A DNA stretch of 64,000 bases from Candidatus Moraniibacteriota bacterium (lineage in GTDB: Bacteria > Patescibacteriota > Minisyncoccia > Moranbacterales > UBA2206), in NCBI GenBank assembly GCA_013334765.1, contig JAAXWW010000005.1, positions 28,350-92,349 of the forward strand. The letters are read 5' to 3'. A program made the position numbers and the translations under genes. Below the pieces are notes generated by a model. It had not been told where the DNA came from. It worked only from the letters and a program-made list of their open reading frames with translations, and did not search any database. How positions within the stretch are numbered: the first letter of the stretch is position 1; each line of letters begins with the position of its first letter. Positions 1-9,500 of the stretch are shown in pieces.

Positions 1-847
1 TTGAAGATATCCGTCAGGAATATGTCCGGATTATTGTCCGATGCGGCCAGTATCCTTTCCAGCCCTCCTCCGAAATCGACATTTTTCTGTTTCAAAAGTT
101 CGAACCCGTTTTCAGTTTTCAAATATTCCATGAAAACATTGTTTCCGATTTCCATGAATCTTCCGCAATCGCAGTTCACATGGCAGGGCTCGTTTTCCCA
201 TTTCGATTTCTCATGAAGGCCCAGTTCCGCTCCGAAATCCCAGAACATCTCGCTGTCCGGACCGCCCGGCTCACCGATCGGCATATTCTCCGGCACTCCG
301 GCGCGCGACCACCAGTTTTTCTTTTCGTCGTAATAGAAAATCCGTCCGTTCCCCATCCCGTCCCTCTCTGAAAAGTCCACTGCTTCAGCTTTGATCCCGG
401 CTTTCCTGAATTCTTCTTTCCAGATTTCGACCGCTTCTTCGTCCCGATCGATGTTGAGTGCTTCGCTTCCTCTGAAAACGGTGACATAGATGTTTTTCGG
501 ATCAAGCCCGACTTCTTTGGTCAAGAATTCGAACATCCAAGGAATCTGCTCCCTTTTGAAATAGTCTCCAAGCGACCAATTCCCGAGCATCTCGAAAAGA
601 GTCGTATGACGATTGTCCCCGATTTCTTCGATATCCCCCGAACGGAAGCTTTTCTGAGAATCGGCTATGCGCGTTCCGAGCGGATGCTTCTCGCCCATGA
701 GATACGGGATCATCGGCTGCATGCCGGAGCCGGTGAAAAGAGTGGTCGGATCATTTTCCGGCACTAGCGGTGCGCTCGGAATTATCGCATGCCCTTTGCC
801 TGCGAAAAAATCAAGATATTTCTTTCTAAGTTCCTTGGCTGTCATAA
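1..847 (-). CDS. alaS: Alanyl-tRNA synthetase, N-terminal fragment; the gene continues past the window start
   Basis: Manual minus-strand translation from the ATG at 847 gives MTAKELRKKYLDFFAGKGHAIIPSAPLVPENDPTTLFTGSGMQ...HTTLFEMLGNWSLGDYFK. These are class II AlaRS N-terminal catalytic motifs. There is no stop before position 1, and the supplied ORF track does not list it. Confidence 0.8.
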
Positions 848-849
848 AA

Positions 850-1125
850 TTATCCCTTTAGCAAATTTTCTTTGATCGAATCCAGAATCTTGTCGATCTT
901 ATTATCCATTTCGTGATCTATGGATCTGCTTATATCTTTCAACCCTTCCTTCGCTCTATCCATCATGTCCTCGAAAAGACGATCAATACCGCTTTCCAGC
1001 CTTTCCGCTCTTGAAATCGCCTCATTCTTAGCAGTTTCATCGAATTCCTTGCCTTTGCTTGCTTCTTTTTCCGCGATAGCTGCCTCTACCAAATCTTTCA
1101 GGTTAGAGCTTCCGAAATTTGCCAT
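850..1125 (-). CDS. Hypothetical small acidic helical protein (91 aa)
   Basis: ORF in the same orientation as alaS, ending 3 nt before its start codon. The composition is charged and alpha-helical and I recognise no family. Confidence 0.4.
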   Translation of the reverse strand: MANFGSSNLKDLVEAAIAEKEASKGKEFDETAKNEAISRAERLESGIDRLFEDMMDRAKEGLKDISRSIDHEMDNKIDKILDSIKENLLKG

Positions 1126-1142
1126 ATGTTTTTTTTGAAAAA

Positions 1143-1421
1143 TTAGATCAAATTGAGTTTCTTCCTTTCTTTCTTGAGGTCTTCCTCCTTTATGGCGACC
1201 TCCTGAGAAACATGATCGAATCTTTTGCGTTTCTCGTCAAGAATGACGCGGATACGCTCGCCGTCTTGCTTGAGCTTCCTGATTTCCGCTTCGAGCAGGG
1301 TTTTTTCCTTGACGAACTTCCTCATGTCGGATTCGAGCATGATCATTTCCATCTGGATATTCCTTCTTTGTTTTCTTTTTTCCTCTTCGTCCCCCAGGCC
1401 TTGATTTACCGAGTATTGCAT
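1143..1421 (-). CDS. Hypothetical coiled-coil protein (92 aa)
   Basis: The K/E/R-rich heptad-like sequence EIRKLKQDGERIRVILDEKRKRF sits directly downstream of the ATPase gene in the same operon orientation. Confidence 0.4.
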   Translation of the reverse strand: MQYSVNQGLGDEEEKRKQRRNIQMEMIMLESDMRKFVKEKTLLEAEIRKLKQDGERIRVILDEKRKRFDHVSQEVAIKEEDLKKERKKLNLI

Positions 1422-1422
1422 A

Positions 1423-3351
1423 TTATTTTTCAGTATTGTTTACTGGGCTATTCCCGCCCTGGCTGCCGTTTTCGCTTCCTTTGTTCCTAGTCTGATTGAT
1501 CATCTTCCGAACGCTTTCCAGGTCTATGCCTGGGCGCTCCGATTTGAATTTCTTCGGAGCGACATGGCTCAGCTGCGAGAGATTCATCGGCTTTTCGCGC
1601 GGAATATATGCCGCCGGACGCTCTTCGTATGCCTTCATTTCCTTTTTCGCGTCTGGAACAGGCGCTTCCTGAACCCTGGACGGATTGGCGGAATTTCCAG
1701 CGGCATTCCTGCTTTCCTGAGCCTTCGCCCTGGCACGCTGATATTCCTTGAGGCATTCCTTGCAGAATGTCGGCCGTCCTGGCATAGGCTTGAAAGGGAC
1801 CATGATTTTCTCCTCGCAAGTGTCGCAAACCGTTTCGAACATCTGACGTTCAGGCTTTTCGGCTGTTTCATCTTTTTCCGACTGATTCATGCCTTCGATC
1901 TTCAGCACACTGACAGGCGGTTGGATATTCTGAGAAGCATCGTTCGCCTTAGCGCTCACGACAGGCCTTGAAGGAACTGGCGCGGGTTTCGCCTCTCTTT
2001 TTATTTCAGGCTGCTTCTCTTCCGCCTTGGCAGGAGCGCTATGCGTCATCTTGAAATCTTCGAACTCCATCATTCCGCTCCAGCGGGCGATCTTCTCTTC
2101 GACTTCCAGCCTTGAGCGCCCATAGCGCTCCCGGGAAACATCGATCGCTTTCTTCTCATTGGCAGCGGTATCGGAAATATCGATCGGAGCAAGAGTGGCC
2201 GCCGAAAAAGCATCGCCAGTAATTCCGTCGATCATGAGCTTCAGGTATATGTTGTATTTGGAAAGATTGACGATATCGTTCATCATGAAAACCGGCTCGA
2301 ATTCCTTTTCGAGAGCCTCCGCGTCTTCCGCGCCGACGCGAAAGGAAACGATGGTTCCGACGTTTCCGAAAACGGCATCGCGCACGGTCGTGCTTCCGTC
2401 CGAATATACCAGCTGGCGGATATATTGGTGCGCCAGGATAAGGCAGAGGCGGTATTTCCTGGCTTCAGAAAGGATATTGGCGAAAGAATCGGTTGCGAAA
2501 TTCTGGAATTCGTCGACATAGAGATAGAAGTCCTTGCGTTCCTCTTCCGGCATATCCACCCGGCTCATGGCCGCCAACTGGATCTTGGTGATGATCATTC
2601 CGCCGAGCAGCCTCATCGCGTCTTCCCCGATGCGTCCTTTGGAAAGATTGATGATCAGGATTTTCTGATTATCCATGATCTCGCGCATGTCGATTGTCGA
2701 TTTCGGCTGTCCGATGATGTGGCGGATGAGGGTGTATGACAGGAACTGGCCGACCTTGTTCTGGATGGCCGCTACAGCCTCCTTCCTGAACTTGTCATCC
2801 CATTGGTCGAACTCGTTGATCCAGAAAGACTTCACCACCGGGTCTTTGATTTTGGTATAGATGCGCTTCCTATAGTCTTTGTCGCTCATCATGCGGTTCA
2901 CGCCAAGCATGGTGGAGCCGGGATAATCGAGAAGCGCCAGGATGGTGTTATTGAGGATGTATTCCATCCTCGCGCTCCACACGTCCGGCCAGATCTTCTT
3001 GAACACGCCCATCATGCCGGAAGCGACCAGGTTCTTCTTGTCTTCATCGACAGATTCCAGAATGTTGAAAGACACCGGAAACTCTGAGTCGGCCGGATTG
3101 AAATATACCACGTCATTGATGCGCTCGCTCGGGATGGCACGCATCATCTTTTCGGCAAACTCGCCATGCGGATCCACCACGCAAAGGCCTTTGCCGGCAC
3201 GGATGTCCTGGATAGCCATATTCTCCAGCATGTTGGATTTTCCCATACCGGTCTTTCCGATGACGTACATATGGCGCCTACGGTCGTCCTCCTTGATCCC
3301 GAAAATCCGCTCGCTGTTTCGGAAATTGGTTTTAGCGAAAAAATTTATCAT
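1423..3351 (-). CDS. FtsK/HerA-VirB4-like (DUF87-type) P-loop ATPase with a C-terminal Cys4 zinc ribbon; stand-alone ATPase half
   Basis: Walker A VIGKTGMGKS, the HerA/VirB4-type motif VVDPHGEF and Walker B FYLYVDEFQNF are present. The C-terminus has CDTCEEK...TFCKEC. It is a clear paralogue of the ATPase domain of the 28043-30511 product (RRRHMYVIGKTGMGKSN versus RRRHLYAIGQTGVGKSN). Confidence 0.8.
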   Translation of the reverse strand: MINFFAKTNFRNSERIFGIKEDDRRRHMYVIGKTGMGKSNMLENMAIQDIRAGKGLCVVDPHGEFAEKMMRAIPSERINDVVYFNPADSEFPVSFNILESVDEDKKNLVASGMMGVFKKIWPDVWSARMEYILNNTILALLDYPGSTMLGVNRMMSDKDYRKRIYTKIKDPVVKSFWINEFDQWDDKFRKEAVAAIQNKVGQFLSYTLIRHIIGQPKSTIDMREIMDNQKILIINLSKGRIGEDAMRLLGGMIITKIQLAAMSRVDMPEEERKDFYLYVDEFQNFATDSFANILSEARKYRLCLILAHQYIRQLVYSDGSTTVRDAVFGNVGTIVSFRVGAEDAEALEKEFEPVFMMNDIVNLSKYNIYLKLMIDGITGDAFSAATLAPIDISDTAANEKKAIDVSRERYGRSRLEVEEKIARWSGMMEFEDFKMTHSAPAKAEEKQPEIKREAKPAPVPSRPVVSAKANDASQNIQPPVSVLKIEGMNQSEKDETAEKPERQMFETVCDTCEEKIMVPFKPMPGRPTFCKECLKEYQRARAKAQESRNAAGNSANPSRVQEAPVPDAKKEMKAYEERPAAYIPREKPMNLSQLSHVAPKKFKSERPGIDLESVRKMINQTRNKGSENGSQGGNSPVNNTEK

Positions 3352-3387
3352 CTTGCATTGATTATACCATTTGAGAATCGGATCCTG

Positions 3388-4662
3388 TTATTGGACAGGC
3401 AGATTAGGAGGCGCTGCTCCCAATTTCGACGATATCTGAGTGATAGCGGGAGATTTCACTGACATATGCGGGAAATGGAAAATGGTCGCCAACTCTTTCG
3501 TGGAAAGGATTATGTTGTCGCCGTCCATATTCCGCCTCCTGTAGCGGTCGTATATCTTCCTTTTCCTCATCGCCGCTATCCCTTCTTTGAAAAATATCTT
3601 CCCATAGGTCTTGCTGATGTCTTCCGGCTTGAACTGATTCATGTTGAAATCGTTGAACTGCTTTATGGCGCCGATGAAAGAACTCAGGTTGGTCTTGTCG
3701 AAACCCTGCCTTTTGCCGATATATATCATCCTCATCTTGGTAGTGAAGTTGTTCCTGGAAATATTTTCCTGGACCGCTTTGTATATATCCCTTTCAACCG
3801 GAGTGAGACGCTGATCGATCGGCAGGACTTCCTTTTTGGCAGCTGTCTTGAACGCTATCTCCCCACCGAACAGCGCGGAGAATGCGTTGGAAAAAACATC
3901 CTTGATATGATCGAAATGACCCATTTTAGCAGGCGCTTCCCTACCGGTCAGCTTATCCATGAGCACCTTTCCGGCTTTTACCGTATCAGGTTCGGAAATA
4001 GGGCTAATGACTAGTTGCAGCCAAGTATTCTGCCCCGGTCCCAAGCTGCCCAGAGACTCGATGATGGAAGCCATCGGATCAACCATTTCCCCGGTGAAAT
4101 CCTCCTGGAACCTGTCATAGGTCTTTATGGGATAGTACGGCTCGGGATGAGCGAACACGAAATCGGTCCCCCAGAGATCCCAGTCACGATTCGGAACTAT
4201 CTTGGGGTATTTGTTATAGTAATCTTCCACTTCGAATATCTGAGCTTCCGGGTAGTGGGCATAGATCTGCGATTCCACCAGATGGCGGTATTTCTTGTGC
4301 GTGCGGATATAGTAGTGCACCTTGCCTTCTTCCCCGACCAGTTCAAGGCTGAACCTGTCCTGGGCAAGCGCGCCCATCGTCCATTTAGTAAAAGTGTCAT
4401 AGCTGGTAAAAACTCCGCTAAGACCGGCATAGATGCTCTCGAACGGCTTCGGTCCTTTTTCAAGCTCGCGCGGCGGAATCACTTCTAGAACGGTGAACTG
4501 GAATTTCGACGCCCAGGAATCCTTCGAATACACAAACGCAAAATCCCCCCAGAGAGCATCGAAGAGGGCATAAAGAATCAGCGGAAGGATTATCCACCAG
4601 GTATTGTAGAAAACGACGCCGAGAGCGCCGAAAGAAAAAGAATTGTCGCCGAAGGTTCCCAT
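3388..4662 (-). CDS. Membrane-anchored protein homologous to the N-terminal domain of the fused ATPase at 28043-30511 (split VirB4-like N-domain)
   Basis: It has an N-terminal TM (WWIILPLILYALF). Its C-terminal ILSTKELATIFHFPHMSVKSPAITQISSKLGAAPPNLP aligns with ITLSNEEIASIYHIPISTTETPKIKWLKSNASPPPINIP of the fused paralogue. It sits immediately upstream of the ATPase gene. Confidence 0.7.
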   Translation of the reverse strand: MGTFGDNSFSFGALGVVFYNTWWIILPLILYALFDALWGDFAFVYSKDSWASKFQFTVLEVIPPRELEKGPKPFESIYAGLSGVFTSYDTFTKWTMGALAQDRFSLELVGEEGKVHYYIRTHKKYRHLVESQIYAHYPEAQIFEVEDYYNKYPKIVPNRDWDLWGTDFVFAHPEPYYPIKTYDRFQEDFTGEMVDPMASIIESLGSLGPGQNTWLQLVISPISEPDTVKAGKVLMDKLTGREAPAKMGHFDHIKDVFSNAFSALFGGEIAFKTAAKKEVLPIDQRLTPVERDIYKAVQENISRNNFTTKMRMIYIGKRQGFDKTNLSSFIGAIKQFNDFNMNQFKPEDISKTYGKIFFKEGIAAMRKRKIYDRYRRRNMDGDNIILSTKELATIFHFPHMSVKSPAITQISSKLGAAPPNLPVQ

Positions 4663-4702
4663 TTTTTAGTTTTATTTTTGAAAACCGCCTGATTATAAAA
4701 AC

Positions 4703-5764
4703 CTATTTCAAGCTGTAATATTCGCCTTCTTTTTTGAAAAAATCAGGATTGTTCAAGTTTATCATAACCGTGGTCTTTTTCACTTTCCTGACCTTGAACA
4801 CGCTTTGGAGTATCTTCTCTTTCTGAAGGGGCTCTTTGCTTTCAGCGAGGATGTTCCTGATGACATCCTTGATCGTGCCTTCATAATATCCCCATTCGCG
4901 AAGAGCGTATATGCCTCTTCCGATAAGGACGAAATTGTCATCCTTTATGAGCTCGTTATGGATGGTCTGCGGATGGGTCTTCTTCTTGCTGAGCCCGTGC
5001 TTGTCTATGGATTTCGCGATTTCGGTGAAATGAAGAGGCTTTCCTTCCTCTTTCAGGACCAGATTGATCTTCTCGCGGCTGCCTTTCGGATTGATATCGT
5101 TCCAATCATAGATCCCCCATTTTCCGAATTTGTTCTTCTTGACGCGAGCCAGGACTTTCATAAAACTGAACGCCTGCTCCTTGGAAAAACCAGGGAACTC
5201 TGCCGCTACTTTCTCGGAAAGATCCGATCCCTTGAGAGGAACCTTGCCTTTCTTGAGAATATCTTCCGCGACACGAGCGACATCCTTTGCCTGCTTAAAA
5301 GCGGAATCGGAAACCGCCCATGACTTCTCGATGAGATTCTTCTGAGAAACCGTTCTTATCCTTTTCGAACATTCGACTATGAACCTTATGGCATTCGATT
5401 CTTTCTTTCCGTCAGGATCGAGGATATCGACGGCTTCTTTTTCCTCGATTATACCATTATTTTTTTCTATTGCAAAAATGATCTTTTCTTCGGCCTTTTT
5501 GAAATTGTCGCTCACGGCGGATTTGGAAATCGTCCTCATGGCATCGCCCACGATCTGACGGACCCTTTCCCTGGTTATCCCGTAGTCTCCGCCGATATGT
5601 TCCAGTGTCTTGGCATCACGATCGCCGACCAGGCCGTATCTTTTCTTCAATATATCGGCAGCCCTCTTGGCAAGAGGGGCCAGCAGTTCCTCAACCAGGG
5701 CGAAAAACGCCGATCCGTTCTCCGGCTGCGCGCCTTCCGTCTTTTTGATATCCTTCGATTCCAT
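4703..5764 (-). CDS. Sigma-70 region-4-like plus C-terminal HARE-HTH-like DNA-binding protein (putative transcription regulator)
   Basis: AADILKKRYGLVGDRDAKTLEHIGGDYGITRERVRQI resembles sigma-70 region 4. The C-terminal PLHFTEIAKSIDKHGL...IGRGIYALREWGY resembles the RpoE-delta/HARE-HTH fold. Confidence 0.55.
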   Translation of the reverse strand: MESKDIKKTEGAQPENGSAFFALVEELLAPLAKRAADILKKRYGLVGDRDAKTLEHIGGDYGITRERVRQIVGDAMRTISKSAVSDNFKKAEEKIIFAIEKNNGIIEEKEAVDILDPDGKKESNAIRFIVECSKRIRTVSQKNLIEKSWAVSDSAFKQAKDVARVAEDILKKGKVPLKGSDLSEKVAAEFPGFSKEQAFSFMKVLARVKKNKFGKWGIYDWNDINPKGSREKINLVLKEEGKPLHFTEIAKSIDKHGLSKKKTHPQTIHNELIKDDNFVLIGRGIYALREWGYYEGTIKDVIRNILAESKEPLQKEKILQSVFKVRKVKKTTVMINLNNPDFFKKEGEYYSLK

Positions 5765-5933
5765 AATTTTTTCAGGACCTACGCTTTGGCATATGGCAAT
5801 CCGTCATGGGATTGGCACATGAAAATACGCAAGCCGCATATTCTAGGCTTAATATTTCTTATGAGATGTCAAGACATACTAGCACACATTCGTTTTATTT
5901 GTCAAGAGTATGTCGGTATGATATCCTTCGCCT

Positions 5934-7013
5934 ATGAAATATCTCCACGCTTTGAACAAGATAAACGGGCTGGGTCCGCAGAAGATGAGATTGCTTCTCG
6001 GCTTCTTCGGAAGCTATGAACGGGCATGGAAAGCGGACGTTTCCGAGCTCTCCCGAGTGAAACTGGGCGGATCGTTAGCAGAAAAGATTGGCATCGAACG
6101 AAAAAAGATCGATCCGGAGAACGAATGGGAAAAGCTCCTGCTGGAAAACATCATCCTGCTATCCCCGGACAGTCCCGATTATCCTGATCTTCTCAAGAAA
6201 ATCCACAATCCCCCGCATGCCATATATATGAGAGGCGCGACGAACCTCAATTCTTTTCACATGATTTCCGTGGTCGGCTCAAGGAACATGACAGCATACG
6301 GGCTGGACGCTGCCGCCAGGCTTTCCAAGGAACTCGCCGAGAGCGGGTTCTCCGTCGTGAGCGGACTGGCTCTCGGAATAGACGCGGCGGCGCACAAAGC
6401 CGCCCTTCAAGCATCCGGCCACACAGTGGCAGTGCTTGGAAGCGGAGTGGACGACATGAACATCTTTCCTCGCGCCAATTTCTCCCTGGCAAAAGAAATA
6501 ATCAGATCGGGCGGAGCAGTCATGAGCGATTATCCACCGGGAACGCCGGCAAGCAACACCACTTTCCCCGCCAGGAACAGGATCATCGCCGGATTATCGC
6601 TCGGCACCTTGGTCATCGAAGCGGCAGAAAAAAGCGGCGCTCTCATCACAGCGAAACATGCTCTCGAATTCAATCGGGAAGTCTTCTCCGTTCCAGGCAG
6701 CATATTTTCCCCCTATTCGATCGGGACCAACAAGCTCATCAAAAGGGGTGCCAAAATCGCCATGGATGTTGGCGACATACTGGAGGAATTCGAATTCAAG
6801 GATATCAGAAAAGACGCCCCCGCCGCGCAGAAAAATCCTGAAAACGAAGAGGAAAAAAGAATCCTTGACGCGCTTAGCATCGTTCCGCTTCACATTGACA
6901 ACCTCGGCAAATTGACTAGACTGGAAACTGCAACCCTTTCCTCGACGCTTTCGATGCTGGAAATAAAAGGCTGGATAAAGAACGTGGGAGGACAGAACTA
7001 TATAATCACGTAA
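5934..7013 (+). CDS. dprA: DNA processing protein A (DprA/Smf)
   Basis: The DprA Rossmann core motifs are VVGSRNMTAYGLDAA, SGLALGIDAAAHKAAL and AVLGSGVD. There is a C-terminal winged-helix tail. Confidence 0.85.
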   Translation: MKYLHALNKINGLGPQKMRLLLGFFGSYERAWKADVSELSRVKLGGSLAEKIGIERKKIDPENEWEKLLLENIILLSPDSPDYPDLLKKIHNPPHAIYMRGATNLNSFHMISVVGSRNMTAYGLDAAARLSKELAESGFSVVSGLALGIDAAAHKAALQASGHTVAVLGSGVDDMNIFPRANFSLAKEIIRSGGAVMSDYPPGTPASNTTFPARNRIIAGLSLGTLVIEAAEKSGALITAKHALEFNREVFSVPGSIFSPYSIGTNKLIKRGAKIAMDVGDILEEFEFKDIRKDAPAAQKNPENEEEKRILDALSIVPLHIDNLGKLTRLETATLSSTLSMLEIKGWIKNVGGQNYIIT

Positions 7014-7028
7014 CGCGCATCACTATTC

Positions 7029-9311
7029 ATGAAACTTATCATCGTCGAGTCACCCACCAAAGCGAAGACTATCTCGAAATTCCTGGGAAAAGAATACACC
7101 GTCAAATCAAGCTACGGGCATATCCGCGACCTGCCCCAGAAGGAAATGGGAATCGACATCGAGAATGACTTCGCGCCCGAATACGTCATCCCGTCCAAGG
7201 CTGCTGACCGGGTGAAGGAACTCAAGAAGCTCGCTGCCAAATCGGAAGATGTCATCCTCGCAACCGATGAAGACCGCGAAGGAGAAGCCATTTCCTGGCA
7301 TTTGGCCGAGGCTCTTGAGCTTGACAAGAAAGACAAGAAGAAAGAAAAAACCGATCCCAAGCGAAGGATAGTTTTCCATGAAATAACCAAGACGGCGATC
7401 GAAAAAGCGCTGGAAAATCCCCGCGAATTGGATTTGGGACTGGTCGACGCGCAACAGGCAAGACGGGTCCTCGACCGTTTGGTCGGCTATGAGCTCTCCC
7501 CATTCCTCTGGAAGAAGATAAGGCGGGGCCTCAGCGCCGGACGCGTACAGTCAGTCGCTCTTCGCCTCATCGCCGAAAGAGAAAAAGAGATCAATGAATT
7601 CAAACCTGTTGGATATTTCGCCATAACCGCGAAATTGGAAAACACCAAGGACAGCAAAAGAGTTCCATTCGAAGCCGAGCTGACGAAAATAAACGAAGAG
7701 AAGATAGAAGAAAGCGTCACGCTCGATCTTTTCGCCGGAGCCTATAAGACCAAGAAGACGAGCATCTCCGAAAAGAAGGATGCGGAAAGGATAAAAGCCG
7801 ATCTTGAAAGCTCGGATTTCTCAGTCAAGAGCATCCAGGCGAAAGACACTTCGCGCTCCCCGCTTCCGCCATTCACCACATCGACCCTGCAACAGTCAGC
7901 CATCAATAGCCTCGGATTTTCAGCCAAGCAGACCATGGCTCTTGCCCAGAAGCTGTATGAGCAAGGCCATATCACATATATGAGGACGGACAGCGTGAAT
8001 CTGTCTTTGGAATCCCTCCTGGCCGCCCAGAAGACTATCGACAGCCTTTTCGGAAAAGATTACGTCCTCCCCAATCCGAGATTCTTCAAGACGAAATCCA
8101 AAGGCGCGCAGGAAGCCCATGAGGCTATCCGCCCTACTTCGGTCGAAAAGACCCCTGAAATAATGAAGAAGGATTTGGAACCGAGAGAATACCGGCTATA
8201 CAAACTGATCTGGGAGAGGATGATCGCTTCGCAGATGCCCGCCGCCATCTTCAATTCGCAGAAAGTTGAAATCATCGCTAAAAGCGAAAAGACATCAGAC
8301 AGCTATACCTTCATGGCAACCGGATCAGTCCTTAAGTTCGACGGATTCCTGAAAGTCCATCAGGGAGGAAAGAAATCGGCCGAAAACGGCAGCGACACCC
8401 TATTACCAAAAATGGACGAGGGTGATATGCTTAACTTGATAGGGATAACGCCCAACGAGAAATCGACCAATCCCCCTCCGCGCTATAACGAAGCGACTCT
8501 CGTCAAAGTGCTCGAAGAAAACGGGATCGGAAGGCCATCGACCTATGCCCCGATCATCTCGACCATCATCGAAAGGAAATACGTCGATAAGAACGAAGAG
8601 AAACGGCTCTATCCGCTGGAAATAGGAAACGTGGTCAATGACGCGCTGGTCCTTCATTTCCCGCAGATCGTCGACATCAAATTCACAGCCACGATCGAGG
8701 AGGAATTCGATGAGATAGCCGAGGGAAAGAAAGCCTGGGTGCCGGTCATCCGCGATTTCTATGGTCCCTTCCACAAGAACCTGACAGAAAAGACCAAGGA
8801 GGTCAAGAAGGAATCGTTCCAGGAAAAACTGGATCGCAGCTGTCCCGAATGCGGAGGAGACCTCATCATGAAGCATGGCAGGTTCGGGAAATTCATCGCC
8901 TGTTCGAACTATCCGAATTGCCGATATACTGAAAAGACCGACTCGGAAAAGAAGATGGATGAGGAATTCGCTGAAGAGATATGCGAGAAATGCGGATCGA
9001 AAATGGTAGTGAAACGCGGAAAATTCGGAACGTTCCTAGGATGTTCCAACTATCCGGAATGCAAGAATATCCGCAAGATAGAGAATAAGACCGGAATCAA
9101 ATGCCCGAAATGCGGCAAGGGAGACATAGTCGAAAGGAAATCGAAAAAAGGAAGGCTCTTCTATGGATGCAACACCTATCCGAAATGCGATTTCGCCCTT
9201 TGGAACAAGCCGACCGGAGAAGAATGCCCGAAATGCAAAAGCCTGCTCATTTTCGCCGCCAAAGGAAAAATGAAATGTTCCAATAAGGAATGCGGATTCG
9301 AGAAGGAATAG
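7029..9311 (+). CDS. topA: DNA topoisomerase I with C-terminal tandem C4 zinc ribbons
   Basis: The Toprim start MKLIIVESPTKAKTISKFLG, EGEAISWHL and active-site region ITYMRTDS are present. Three C-terminal CPECGG / CEKCG / CPKCGKG zinc ribbons follow. Confidence 0.95.
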   Translation: MKLIIVESPTKAKTISKFLGKEYTVKSSYGHIRDLPQKEMGIDIENDFAPEYVIPSKAADRVKELKKLAAKSEDVILATDEDREGEAISWHLAEALELDKKDKKKEKTDPKRRIVFHEITKTAIEKALENPRELDLGLVDAQQARRVLDRLVGYELSPFLWKKIRRGLSAGRVQSVALRLIAEREKEINEFKPVGYFAITAKLENTKDSKRVPFEAELTKINEEKIEESVTLDLFAGAYKTKKTSISEKKDAERIKADLESSDFSVKSIQAKDTSRSPLPPFTTSTLQQSAINSLGFSAKQTMALAQKLYEQGHITYMRTDSVNLSLESLLAAQKTIDSLFGKDYVLPNPRFFKTKSKGAQEAHEAIRPTSVEKTPEIMKKDLEPREYRLYKLIWERMIASQMPAAIFNSQKVEIIAKSEKTSDSYTFMATGSVLKFDGFLKVHQGGKKSAENGSDTLLPKMDEGDMLNLIGITPNEKSTNPPPRYNEATLVKVLEENGIGRPSTYAPIISTIIERKYVDKNEEKRLYPLEIGNVVNDALVLHFPQIVDIKFTATIEEEFDEIAEGKKAWVPVIRDFYGPFHKNLTEKTKEVKKESFQEKLDRSCPECGGDLIMKHGRFGKFIACSNYPNCRYTEKTDSEKKMDEEFAEEICEKCGSKMVVKRGKFGTFLGCSNYPECKNIRKIENKTGIKCPKCGKGDIVERKSKKGRLFYGCNTYPKCDFALWNKPTGEECPKCKSLLIFAAKGKMKCSNKECGFEKE

Positions 9312-9500
9312 CGAACAAAATAACAATAAAAATACCCTAGGACTTGCGCGTTTGCTGAAAAAACTTTTTTCTTAGCCAGAAACAGAAGGCAGTTTCCCAA
9401 GAGTCAAGGTGAGACTACATATAACCCGGACGGATTCCGCACAGCCTCGCGATTTAAAAGGTTTTTGAGGAAAATGCGCGAGTCCTGAAACAATAAAAAT

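Noticed and set aside
176-505. 109-aa minus-strand and 63-aa plus-strand ORFs near the window start
   Set aside because: They overlap, in other frames, the alaS N-terminal coding region (1-847, minus strand). The alaS frame carries canonical AlaRS motifs.
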